A stretch of DNA of 60,789 nt, filler included, from Catajapyx aquilonaris (taxonomy: Eukaryota): assembly GCA_000934665.2 (NCBI GenBank). It is 4 parts of 4 records of this genome, joined end to end, with 100 filler letters (N's around TTAATTAATTAA, not from the genome) between each part and the next. Parts side by side here need not be neighbours in the genome. Positions count along the whole stretch, not along the records: positions 15,222 to 30,351 come from KZ539711.1; positions 30,452 to 45,574 come from JYFJ02007598.1; 2 more parts are not named here. One strand, 5' to 3'. Within the stretch, counting starts at the first letter, position 1, and each line of letters starts with the position of its first letter. Below the pieces are notes generated by a model. That model made no database searches. It saw only the letters and a program-made list of their open reading frames with translations, and was not told the origin of the DNA. Made by a program: the position numbers and the translations under genes. Below, in pieces: positions 24,763 through 36,606 of this stretch.

Positions 24763-25164
24763 GCAAGGCATTCAACTGTATATGATAAGAATAGATATTA
24801 TGTTTATTATTCTTTACCAAGGTCACCCCACACTTTTGTGAAAAGGCTTGTGTGCAGGTCATTAGCTTAAAGGCAGATTCATGTAACACTGAATTTTTGA
24901 GATGCAGGACTAATTTAATTCCTTGATAATTTAAAGCTGTTCAGGTACAACTATCTTTTGGTTTGTTAAAAGGAAACGAAGCCACCACATCCCAATCATC
25001 TCGTACTGTTCAAGACTGAAATGTGTCCAGACATTGGTCATCATTATGATCCTGTCTTTACATGCACAAACAAGTGTAATTACCTCTGCATAAAAGTGTT
25101 ATCAATGATGCAAAAATGTGTGAAAGTTTTTACAATGAGAGCTTGGAACAAATCTGCCGGTATG

Positions 25165-25632
25165 CAGGGTGTCCCTTACTAGTCACCCTTCCGTCCTGCA
25201 GTGCACTCATTGGCACAAAACAAGTGGTAAATGCAGGGAGGAGAAATAATGTCCAGGCAGTAACCGGTAACGAGATAATGATCAAGATGAGGTCACCCCG
25301 AAGACAACCGCGGCCAACCACCCACTGGCTTTTGTGTGGGAGGAGCGGCAATCGGTTCGACTCCATCACGTGTAGGGGTTGCCTAGGGGGCAGGATATGA
25401 ACCCGACATTGCGCCCTGAGCACGAGACGACTGTGCTCAAGGGATTGCTGTTCCTCCCGCACAAAAGCCGGTGGGTGGGTGGCCGCGATTGTCTTATGGG
25501 CGACCTCATCTTAATCATCGTTTATCTCCTTACCGGTTACTGCCTGGACATTTCTCCTCCCTACATTTACGACTTGTTTTGGGCCAATGAGTGCACTGCC
25601 CTACGGAAGTGCGACTAGTATGGGACACCGTG
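25165..25632. mobile_element. Palindromic mariner-type MITE
   Basis: CAGGGTGTCCCTTACTAGTC / GACTAGTATGGGACACCGTG-TA, arms mirrored throughout. It interrupts 3' flank sequence that is uninterrupted downstream of paralogue 1. Confidence 0.8.
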
Positions 25633-25655
25633 TATTCTTAGATCCTCCTCTGCTA

Positions 25656-25794
25656 GGGCCAGTTTCACCAAGCAGGTTGTAATTTTATTTTGAGAACATC
25701 AGTTAAAGCAACTATTGTTGACGACAATGAAAAGTAATGATTTTACGAGAAGAAACTTGGATTTATAATATAACCTGATCTGTAAAAATGGCCC
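25656..25794. mobile_element. Harbinger-like MITE
   Basis: GGGCCAGTTTCAC...AAAAATGGCCC termini with TA-containing flanks. Confidence 0.55.
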
Positions 25795-27145
25795 TAGACT
25801 TTTTCGGCTACTGACGGGTACATCCTCCTTTTTGTATTGGGTATTGAAAAAGATAGCGGGAGATAGGGAAGTTATGATTTAATGGGATTTTGAATGATTA
25901 CGATCATGATTGGAGACAACTGCACTACTTTGTTGTCACAGTTGTAACGTGCTTGGCAGTGGCATAGCGGGGGGTGGGGAATCCGCCCCGGGTACCAGCC
26001 CAGAGGGGGTGTCATTTAGGAAGCAAATTTCTTATTTTATTTTATAGTTTCGTGAATTTATCAAAAACGTTCCACGAAACCAAAGTCGTCCAATAATAAA
26101 TATTCCCTGAACGAGAATGAAGGAGATGGGGATATCCTCTTCTGTCAGTTACATTTTCCTAAGCTAGTGTGACCTTGAACGAACACCGCAAATAATTTTA
26201 CCTGCGGCAGTCTTCTTTACGTCCCTCTCCGTCTCTTCCCCGTCGTCGCCCCAGGTGCCCAATCCTCTTGCTCCTTCGCCTCTGGTACAATCGCGATTGA
26301 GTGAAATTTTCGTCCCACTGCTTTAGGTACTGCTAACTTAGAAGTATCACAGTGTTGGCATTGGTACTGCTAATAAGCTTATTAAGCTAGCAGTAACTGG
26401 CAGGGGGATGAAAATCCCACCAATTGTCTCTAAATTTGGAGAAGACTGAATATTCATAGTAGCCTACTGTACCCAGAGTGGGTAGAAGAAGCCTTGCGCA
26501 GACAATTTTGTAAAATTTTGTAATAAAATCACATGTGTTGTAAATGTGTCTCAGGTCTCAATGTCTTCCCGGCAACTGAACACGATTGTATTGGCAACAT
26601 GGGAAAAGTGGGAGCCTTTTTAAGGACCAGGACAAAGATCTCTGCCATCTTCAAGGTGTGGACACTGCTGGAGTCCATATATCACGCGTTGAAATTTGTT
26701 ATGGAATATAGTCAGCCAGCCTAATTTTTAAAAAAAGCTGACAACAAGTCAAGCATGTCTCCATTGCCCAACTTCATCTTCTGAAGACGTCAAAGAAAAA
26801 ACAAAATTAAGACACTTGAATAATAATAATTGTTTTTTGTAGAGTGATTCACACTTTCCACTAAGCGCTACCTGAGATATTAGTTCTTTACAGTCGCTTA
26901 CCGGCTGACCCAACAGCTATGCTATTTTCTCCCAATCTGGAATCCAAGATGGCGCCTTCGTCGCGCTGAAATTGAGCGTCGTATTGAGAGAATTTCCTCT
27001 TTTTTGAGACGCGTTGTGTCCGGGTTGAGGGTAGGACCGGGTCGGATCGAAGCAGAGGGTCTGTCTTCCTTGCCCAGAGGACTAGAGGAACAATCCTTGC
27101 CCCCTTCCCCAAGAGTGGACCCCCAGCCAGTCGAGGAAGGAGAAG

Positions 27146-27542
27146 ATGTCGTCCCCCACCGCCGAGGAGAGGAACCCTCCTCCCCTCCTGGAGGCCCGCC
27201 TGGAAGGGATCGTGTCCCGACTGGTCTCCCTGGAGGAGGACATGGCTGCCCTGAAGGAGTGGGCCAGGGGCTGCAGGAGGTGTGGGGCTGGACGGGGTGG
27301 GTTGCTAGGGGGGACCACCCTTAGAATGATGTAAACACTCTCTGGGATGTGCTTCTTTCTCCTCTTCAGCTGCAGGCCAAGGCCATCCGGGACACCCTCC
27401 TCCTGAAGGCCTCTCTCCTTCAGGCGGGGCTGGTGGAGACTCGGTCGCTGTGGGCAGCATCAAGACAGAGTGGGGCCAGTGCAAGGAGGAGGAGGAGGTC
27501 ACGGTGGAGGAGGAAGGCCCGCAAGGAATTATTGGCGGTTGG
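27146..27542 (+). CDS. Zinc-finger family paralogue 3, first two coding exons (remainder not found in contig)
   Basis: Exon 27146-27296 (...LEGIVSRLVSLEEDMAALKEWARGCRRC, phase 1). Exon 27370-27542 (...DSVAVGSIKTEWGQCKEEEEVTVEEEGPQGIIGGW) is 173 nt, the same length as exon 2 of paralogue 2. Homologous promoter at about 26850-26970. Confidence 0.75.
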
Positions 27543-27673
27543 GTGAGGATGAGATTGCATGTTGGTGAGGTCAGGAGGTCAAATGAAATGGCAGGATCAA
27601 AAATGAAAGGGGTGTGAAATGTGATGCTGCAAATGGGGTCATATTTCCGAATCTAATTGTGTAGGCCTACTAG

Positions 27674-27840
27674 TAACCACAAAGATAATGTTGCACTGTT
27701 ATGTCATGGCATCCTCGACTTGCTGTTTAGCATGGGTTGTGGATTCCGGAATACTGCTACTATTCCAGAATCCACAACTCATGCTAGACAAGAAGTCACG
27801 GACGCCACCACATAACAGTGCGACATTACTTTTCTGGTTA
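27674..27840. repeat. Hairpin/MITE-like imperfect palindrome
   Basis: Arms mirror around ...GTTGTGGATTCCGGAATA-ctgctac-TATTCCAGAATCCACAAC... Confidence 0.7.
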
Positions 27841-28955
27841 ATATTACTATGAGACTATGAGACAGTATTAAAACATTTGTGGTGATTCAAAATCACACTT
27901 GGAAAACCCTCTCTCCGCTTGCATTTTCCTAGGGTGCAGGCCTAGAACACCACTCGCTTCGCTCGCTCTTTTCTAGGCCTGCGGCCTGCGATGTAGGCCA
28001 CGTTCTTAATGATGCTTATCCAACAATAAGCCGTATCATACTCCACTCCTTCCGACCTCCCTCCCACCTCTCCCCCTACCCTCCTTATATTAACCCTTTG
28101 ACGGCTAAGTACATCATAATTATTATGATGATGTCGTGAGGGATTTCTTGAATTGGGCTTGCGAGGATGTGCGTAGAGAAGGCGAACTTTGTGGTGCCAA
28201 ACCCGGTTCAATATGCCCCTGCCATCTCTTGGATGGTGACTCAACTACCATAGCAACCCCAGATTCCCCCCCTGTTCCTGCCAAGTTGAGTTGTATATGC
28301 CAAGGTCACGCTACTCCCAAGTCATCGTTTATGTAAACATGTTCCCTCAGTACAGGGTGATCGTAAAGTCTGGACCCTTGGGAGTTTATCATAGTACAGT
28401 GCTGTGGTAATATTATGCTACCATAAGAACAATGTATAGTGACTGAGTAAACGGGTTAGGCCTATCGACTTTCTGAGAGCCGGACGATTCTAAAAAGTTT
28501 ATTTCCTGGACTCCCTGTAGATTAATTTTTTCCCGGCATTTTACAATGAAAGGGACCACCATGAATTCAAATTCTAAATTTTGGCGCAAAGTTGTTATTC
28601 ATTAATATCACTCCTACATCGAATTTTGAACAAAAATAATAAGGAAAGAAACCCGCCAATTGTAGGTTGCCAGTTGTGCCAACTCACCCTTTACTGACTG
28701 TAAACAGAGCTGCCAACCCTACAAAAAAAAATGAGGGGGAGGGAATGACGTAATGAGGGGAATTGGCCTTGTGAAGGGGGGATTTTCACATAAAGTCAAA
28801 ATCAAATTATAGGAATGTTTCAGGCGCATTTATTTACCAGTATGTACTTTGTTATAGTTAACAGTAGCTTTTTTGGCCGTACGAAGAACTTCCTTGGGGG
28901 GTTAAAATGTGGCTGAATTTAAGTTTTCCCATTTTGACAGTCATAATATACAGTA

Positions 28956-30030
28956 CTAGCAGGATACCCGGCGTTGCTCGGGTTATGAAATACTTTTCCA
29001 TAGGAGTGACTCATTGATTTGGTAGTAACCTTTGAAGTAATTATGGCTATACAATGTTGGCATACATGTAACATGGAGCATATTGCACGTGCATGAAGTC
29101 CAAACAACACACTGCGGATGTCGGATTGTAAGAAAATACACAATACACCTCCAAAATCCAGCAAAAGTATGTCATGAAAAATTGAAGGTTGTGCAGTTAA
29201 TGTAGAAGTAAATGTAGAATGTGTAGAAGCTCCAGCATGGCAGAGCTTACAATCTGACATCCATTGTGTGTTTTTTTGGATTCGATGCACATGCAATATT
29301 TGGTATGGCCAATTACGTTCATAATAATTGCATAGATGAAGCGTGTTGTCTCGAAGCTTCAACACAATATCCCTCTTATTACCATGCTCCTGACCACTCA
29401 TGATCACAGCAATCCCATTGCAAGAAGGTGGATTGAATCGACCACGATGCTAGCCTTGTGGTCGCTTGTCTGCATCAATAACCAAGTCAAATTCCGGAGG
29501 AGGAGGACTCTCAAGTGCAAGTTTGAAGCTCTTCACATGAGTGGAATGGATCATCTCCTGAAGTTGCAGTATGATGTCGAGGCGTGTGCCGTTTAAGTAG
29601 GTGCAACGGTATTCCGCCTGCTGTTGCATGTTCCCCACGAAGTAAAGTTGCAGAAACCGCGGACTCTCATTTACTGAAGGAAGGAGTGATCCCATGCGAT
29701 GGTAAATTTGCCCTTGCACTTTGAATGTAGGCTAACAACGTTGGCCCCAAAAGATGTCATCTGGAAGGCCAAATTGTAATTTCCGATGGTCTTCAGGAAA
29801 TGTTTGAATGAGGTGATGTGCCTATAAGAGGAGCATTTTAAGTAACTGTGGAGGCTCAGCCAGTAGAGGAAGGCTAACCTTTCCAATGGAGCAACAGATC
29901 GTTTTTGTTTCACCCTTCCACTTCTTTGCCTGGCAATGGTGGCATACCTCTGACATAGATCCAATTGCAACAACACCGACAGAAGAATTATTGTCAATGT
30001 CTGCTGAGTAGTGGAAAGCGACATGTAGGA
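28956..30030 (-). mobile_element. Internally deleted Helitron (Rep N-terminal region joined to 3' terminus)
   Basis: Frameshifted peptides CKAKKWKGETKTICCSIGKV, NYNLAFQMTSFGA, QGQIYHRMGSLLP...PRFLQLYF and RFNPPSCNGIAVIM...RDIVL are typical Helitron Rep motifs. The 3' end CCCGAGCAACGCCGGGTATCCTGCTAG has the hairpin and CTAG (28956-28959). 5' end not located. Confidence 0.9.
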
Positions 30031-30351
30031 GGTGGGTTGAAGAAAATGGAGCTAATCTCCGACTGATGGCCGCTGTTTCTCATAGAGTGGAGACATGCTT
30101 GGTGTTCTTCCTCAGTCTCTTATTGGTCCCTCACCCTTAGCCGAACTCTGTGTGTATCCAATGTGCTTCTGCCAATGCTACTATGTTTTTAGGCCCATCT
30201 TAAAGTCGGTGGGGGTCCAAACGTTAGAAAGTGAAAAAACAAACAAATGCAAATGAGATTGAAAACTGCATGACACATACCTACGTAGACCACATTATGC
30301 CACACCTTATACACGTAATACCATTATACACATTATACCACACCTTATACA

Positions 30352-30451
30352 NNNNNNNNNNNNNNNNNNNNNNNNNNNNNNNNNNNNNNNNNNNNTTAAT
30401 TAATTAANNNNNNNNNNNNNNNNNNNNNNNNNNNNNNNNNNNNNNNNNNNN
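30352..30451. other. Artificial contig-joining linker
   Basis: 44 N + TTAATTAATTAA + 44 N. Confidence 0.97.
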
Positions 30452-30821
30452 TTCCAGGGGAGCCAACCTAGGGGAGGCGCGGGCAATACAAACACGACCC
30501 CCCCGGGTGACCCGGAGGCCACCCAGCGGGGTCACCATGCCACATATATTTATTTTAATACTATACAGGAATTGATGTACTAATTAATTCTACAGAATTG
30601 ACGTTTTAATTTTAATACTGAAATTATATTTTAATACTACAGAATTGACGTATTAATTAATTTTAGTACTGAAATTATTAATTTTAATACTGATATTTGA
30701 ATTATTAATTTTAATATTCAAATTACATCTACTTTAATACTGTGAAATTAATTTATTTTAATGTAGCCTATATTCATCACTTCTTTTATTTGTTTAAAAT
30801 TTATATTGTTTCCTCTTCAAG

Positions 30822-31176
30822 GCGTACGTGCACAAGTGTGTGATGGAGGAGCTGAAGCGCATCATTGAGGACTCGGAGGTGATGCAGGAAGACGACTCTT
30901 TGTGGCCTCCCCCGGACAGGGTGGGCAGGCAGGAGCTGGAGATCGTCATTGGAGACGAGCACATCTCCTTCACCACCTCCAAGATCGGCTCCTTGGTCGA
31001 CGTCAACCAGTCCAAGTGAGTCTTGCCATTCGCGAAGGAGGTTGTGTGCACGGCTAATTGCGCGTACCTTTCCCAGGGATCCGGACGGCCTCCGCTGCTT
31101 CTACTATCTGGTTCAAGACCTGAAGTGTCTGGTGTTCTCGCTGATTGGCCTGCACTTCAAGATCAAGCCCATCTAA
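30822..31176 (+). CDS. mago: Mago nashi (exon junction complex core), last two exons
   Basis: Exon 30822-31015 ([64 protein letters not shown]) and exon 31077-31176 ([32 protein letters not shown]). AATAAA at 31206. Confidence 0.98.
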
Positions 31177-31236
31177 AACAGCTATGTCCGACCATTCTCA
31201 ATTTCAATAAAAACCTCGTTTGTGTGCAAAACCGCT

Positions 31237-34200
31237 TTAATTACATTGCTTCCTGCATGCCTCGGGTGACTCAAAGTTGTTCTCGTTTCCGTCGCACCCG
31301 CCGTACACAAAAGGCCTGCAGCGGTGCTCCTTCCGATCGTAGTAGTACCGCACACTATCCTTGTTGCATGTGCCAGGATCAGACGACATTGAGCACGGGT
31401 CCGTACTGCGCACATGCGTGTTGAACTCCGGCTCGAAGTTGAACGTGTCGTAACTCTCCTCAAGCAAACAGTCGTTTGTGCGCTTAGCCGTACACGAGCT
31501 GGCTCCGCTGCATTGCCAGCAGATTGAGTCGTACAGAAGCAGCGACATTGGTTCGCTCAGCGGACTATGGTCGTACCGGAGTCGTACGTTTAGCAAGGCA
31601 CGTGTTTGCGTCAAGCTTTCGCCGGGGAGAAAGAATGGTTGCGATCTTGTGTCGTGAATAGGAAGCTGTGGCAATGGGCAGACGACGACGCGATGGTTGA
31701 TGTACGCCGCCTCAGTCGTGTCGGTACCTTGCCTCGTCCGTGTCTCGTTCTTGTACCGGTACTGAAAAGTACACCAATTAGTACGATATAACATGCGCCG
31801 CAATGATACTCACAGTGTATATCTCCCACTCGCATGTGACTCGACTTGAAGCGAACTCCCCGATGGCCATCACGGACAGGCATGGCTTCGTACGCACATC
31901 GCACGTCTTTGTACGTAACCGCACTTTGGCTGGCGGCACATTGGCTGCCACCTCGCAAGCGGCTCCTCCCCATGCGGCGTAGCACTCGCACGTACCGGAC
32001 ACACACTTGCCATTGCCGGAACAATCGCCAGGACATACCCTGTCAAGGAAAGTCCGCTTCTCGCTCCATGTCGCAGCGCTGGTTGATATCCGATGTAAGC
32101 AGAGGTTCCGTAGGTACTCTGAGCTGACCGATGCCCAACCGGCATTGTTGCTGTGCTAGAGATACTATTAATAAAGCATCGGTTTTGAACATTACAGCCG
32201 TACCTTCACGTCGCTGGTGCACACCCGTGCGATATGGTCTCCTTCTGGTACGATATCGCCACAAGCGTCCAACGCCCGCTGGTGCATGGCTCCCCAGCAC
32301 TCACCATCAGCACTGACGGATCTGCCGCTGGATTCGCCCGGTGATACCTCATCGCCTTGGGATGCTGACGACATCCGTGTGAGATCCACGTCGTGGTCCT
32401 CATCCGCAGCATACCGGACCATCTCGGATGTCACAACATCACCTCGGACGTCCACACATTGCGACACATGGCATTGCACTTCTTCATCCGGCTGCTCCGG
32501 GTTGGACTGAACCGGTTTGCATCCGCATTTTGGCAGAAAGTCATCGTGCGATGTGTCGTCCTTAGCGGTGAAGCTCCCGGCGAACAGGCTACGACGGCGG
32601 TTCACTTCCCATGCGCGTGTCTCATTAGCGGTGCATAGCCCCGCAGTCAAATGCGTTGAGACGATGCGGATGTAGGAGAGCAATGGCCCTATTTCGATCA
32701 TAGTACCAGACGGAAGTACGACCTGGAATGTACGGCCATCAGTTGCACGTACGACCTGCATCAGCGGGTGTATGTCGCCCAATTGTGCCGGTACGCCCGC
32801 TTCGGTGCGGGTCCAAAACTGCAAATAGCCGTGTGTACAAACATCAAACCCGACTGCTACTTCGCCAAACCGGACGGCCACACCACAGTTACACACATCG
32901 CGGTAGGTGCATCGTTTGTAGTGAATCTGCACTTCGGACGTATCGGACAAGTACATGACGTACGTACCATCTTGCAATTTCAGGTGTGCGTCTGTGAATG
33001 TGGTCAAATGCGTGTCGGACACACACTCGTACTCCGCATCGTCCGGTATGACCTCAACCTCCTGAAGCGGAGTATGGTAGCCCTTCCAGTTGTACGCATC
33101 GCCTTTAGACACAACCGCACTTAACTCAACGTACGACTCACGTGTGTGACGTACCCGATCTGGTCTTGCCCACAGCGCAACACGATGTGTATCATTCCAC
33201 TCGGCTTTACACACACTGTACTCGCAATCTAACAGTACAACCTGGTCGTTACTGCCTCCACTGGGACATCTTGCATTGTCATCTAGCCGTACCGCACTGA
33301 CTCTGAACACAATGCAGCAGTCCTTATCCTCTTTGCAAAGGACCGGTACAGTCAGTCGGAATTCCCAGAATGCGACCGGTCCGTCTTCCAACGTTCGTAT
33401 TAGCGGTGGCGATGTGATGACAATACCGGTACGGTACACTCCGCTGGTTACACGCTCTGTAAATGCGTTGATTGTACGATGCTTTGCACGTACACCGCAC
33501 CGTACCTCCTGCCCCATTTCCCACTTGTCTGTTTCCAGTGTGCCTTTTTGCTTGTCCGTCAGTGCGAATGTGTCTGTCTGTACCTCATCGCCATCGACGA
33601 TCCAGGTCACTTCCAGCAACACCGATTTGGGCATACCGACCAATCCGTCCAGTACAGCATCGCAGTACGCCACCAGCCGTTTGCCGTCATCTGATGCACC
33701 GAACGTCACTTTTGCCTCCGCAATCTCAACAGGAACTGCATTGTTATTAATAATCATCATTATTATTAAACCTTTTTTTTTTGAGAGTACTGGTACATAC
33801 ATTGACATGGTGTATAGCCTGTGTTGGATGTCAGCCCTTCAGGACACGGTACCTCCGTACCGGCACAGTACGCTGCCGGACAACCCGGCGGTGGTCGTAG
33901 GTAGTACACCAAGTACTCGCTGCAGTTGCGCACTCGCATTGGTACCTTCACACCGCAGCAGTCTTCCCTCAGCGTCACGCAAGCCGTTGCCTTCACCGCA
34001 CCATCTTCCTCATCCGGTACCGTACCTGCAATACCAACCCTGATCATATCACATCCTGGTCCAAATTAATAGCAGCATACCGTTCATCCACATTGGAGCC
34101 TTGGTACCGCAGAAGTTCCGTCCTGGACACTCTGTCGGTACCGTTGATCCGGCTGGACCGTCGAACCTGTACCAACCTGGTACCAACTGGTCGTCACATC

Positions 34201-35096
34201 TCGGGTGACCCTCCAGGGCATGGTGCAGGCTACGCTCAGGCTCACTGATGACCTCGTGCACCGTCGGGTCGCATGGATCTCGATGTCTGATAGTGAAGAC
34301 TTAGAATTAATCACCCAACTGAATATAAATACATAAATAAATCTCTTCCAGTACTATAAATGGCAAAGTTTGTTTGTTTGTCCAGGTTAAATTACCAATG
34401 CAACAAGTTAACTAAAACAAACAAACAAACAAACAAGTAAGCTAGCAATAAATAAATAAATAAATAGCTTTTATATTATTATATAGCCTACTGTTTGTGT
34501 GTATGCTCAGGTTTTATTACCATTAATTAATTAATGTTATTATAATAGGTTTTTTGTGGTTATCATAATTATTTAAAAAAAATTCAATAAATAACAAGTA
34601 ATGCTGTGAGGTAATGAACGAATTAAAAGTAATAATGATTAATAAATAAGTAAGTAAATAAATATTTTACTATAAAAGCTTGCAATTACCAAGGCAACAA
34701 TGAACCATAAACAAACAAACAAACAAACAAATATGTATAGGGCCTATGGTATCTCTTGGTATAATAATAGACAGTTTGTGTGTGTATGTTTGTTTGTCCA
34801 GGTTTGGCTGCCTTGGTAATGGGCTGCCATAAATAAATAAAATAATTTATGAATTTCTTACCAGGTTCGGCTACCAAAGGTATAACAAACAAACAAATAT
34901 TTTGTCATAAAATAGACATTGTTTGTTTGTTTGTTTGTCCAGATTTGGTTACCATTGAGCTTGCTTTTGACCAAACCAGAGATAAATTGTACAGTACCGG
35001 ACAAGGTCAGTAAACGTACCGTGTCCTCTGTCCGACGACGAGGCTGGTGATGACGAGGAGGAATAACACCAGCACAGTGGTACATCTGTGTTGCAT
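31237..35096 (-). CDS. Secreted VWDE-like protein, about 968 aa: signal peptide, D8C (UMOD/GP2/OIT3-like), VWD, EGF, C-terminal Kunitz domain
   Basis: Exons 35096-35020, 34286-34081, 34025-33801, 33735-32204, 32155-31814, 31761-31237; total 2907 nt, in frame. Signal MQHRCTTVLVLFLLVITSLVVG; D8C CDDQLVPGWYRF...CGTKAPMWMNG...VRNCSEYLVYYL; VWD DTHLTTFTD...CNCGVAVR; EGF CPGDCSGNGKCVSGTCEC; Kunitz C...GTC...RYYY...C.PFVYGGCDGNENNF...C...C. Confidence 0.85.
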
Positions 35097-36110
35097 TGTC
35101 TTGTTGTTGCGACACGTACGCTTCGGTGGTACGTGGTACCTTGCACCAGGACGAAGCATGTCTCGAAAATAAGAAAATAAAATAAAATGTAGTGGTAAAA
35201 AAAAAAAGAAAAAGAGGAAGATTAGCCACGGTCCCTTTCCCTTTCTTTTTCACCTCAACAAATTAACCGTGAAGGTGAAAATCAGAGCAAAGTCACGTAC
35301 ACTTTATACATCGGTCGTCTTACTTTGCTCTCTTTTTTTTAAGCATGCTAAAATAATTCGCGAAATGTTTTATGAAAAGGAAGGAGAGAAAAAAAAAATT
35401 TGAGGCAAGGACCATTGTAAGGTCGGCTTTAAAAAAAAGGGTTTAGTGGGTCGAATTTATGGGAAAATATTTTTTAAGCACGCAAAATTATGTTCGAAAT
35501 ATTTTACCAAAAAACAATGAAGAAATTATGACATACCTTCCGGTTTAAAAAAATATTTGCAAGAATAATTGTGGAGCATCTCTGTGTCAATTTATTAAAA
35601 ATTAAACATAAAAAAATTACATGATATTAATAATTAAGAAGATTATTGATAAAATGACAACAGTAATGTCGTCAAAAAAAACTGCATGGGGCTAATTCGT
35701 GTGAGACATAAAATTGTGCAAAACATTAAGCAAAAATTTCACAAGAAATTATGACATTTTAAGTCATACATTACGTTAAAGGAAATATGAGCAAGAATTT
35801 TGTGTTGAACATATTTCCTGTGGAGCATTTATAAAAAATTATATTCGCACAGAATTAGTAAATAAAATCAACTGCAAATGAAGTAAGGCACATTTTGCAA
35901 TATTTTAAATACATTACGCAATGTTGATGTGGAAATGTTGTAAAGTCAGTCGAGATATTGTAAATATGTCATTTTTTTGACAAGTTAGTCATGCTCCATA
36001 TACTATGCAAAAAAAATGTGATAACAGCAAATATGTTGCATAACAAATTATGTGCAAATGAACTTCCATGCTGTTACCATAAAAATTTGCACACAGTGCA
36101 ATCCAACAGC

Positions 36111-36118
36111 ATATAAAA
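36111..36118 (+). promoter_or_regulatory. TATA box of the His-rich protein gene
   Basis: ATATAAAA about 60 nt upstream of the ATG at 36179. Confidence 0.55.
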
Positions 36119-36178
36119 TGCGCGTGTACCGACAAGACCAGTACCACTCGTCTGACTGTCGGTACAACTTGACGAACC

Positions 36179-36606
36179 ATGAGGCTGTCACTAATCCTTC
36201 TGGCAGTTCTGCTGCTGCAGGTATGTCACGTATTTTACTGTACTTGCGAAGTACTAATTTGTATGTACTGTAGGTTGTGGATGTGTTTGGGAGATCCGAG
36301 GAAGAGAGCCGTGAGTGGAGCCGTGAGGACAGCCGTGGTCGTGATGAGGGGTCTGAAGAGCATGAGAGCGACGTTGAGCGCGACGGTGACGCTGGGGCCA
36401 ACGACGGGGCTTGGGGTTGTGGAGGGTTCCTGAAGCACGCTCATGGTCATGGCCATGGTCACCATCACCGTCACCATCACGGTCACGGACGGCCTCGTCA
36501 CCACCGCCGACACCATCGTCGCCCCACCTTTGGAACCACAACAGAAGAATCAGCTTCAGTCAGCGAGGATTATTGGACCACTGCTGACGCTGGGTATAGT
36601 ATGTAA
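36179..36606 (+). CDS. Small secreted acidic/histidine-rich protein (124 aa), no family recognised
   Basis: Exon 36179-36220 (MRLSLILLAVLLLQ), 53-nt intron (gtatgt, TACTAAT branch site, tag), exon 36274-36606 (VVDVFG-RSEEESREWSREDS...HAHGHGHGHHHRHHHGHGRPRHHRRHHRR...YSM*). AATAAA at 36694. Confidence 0.8.

Noticed and set aside
33276..34043. 255-aa plus-strand ORF and other overlapping ORFs in 31000-38500 and 48800-53300
   Set aside because: Antisense or off-frame shadows of well-supported genes, with no independent motifs.
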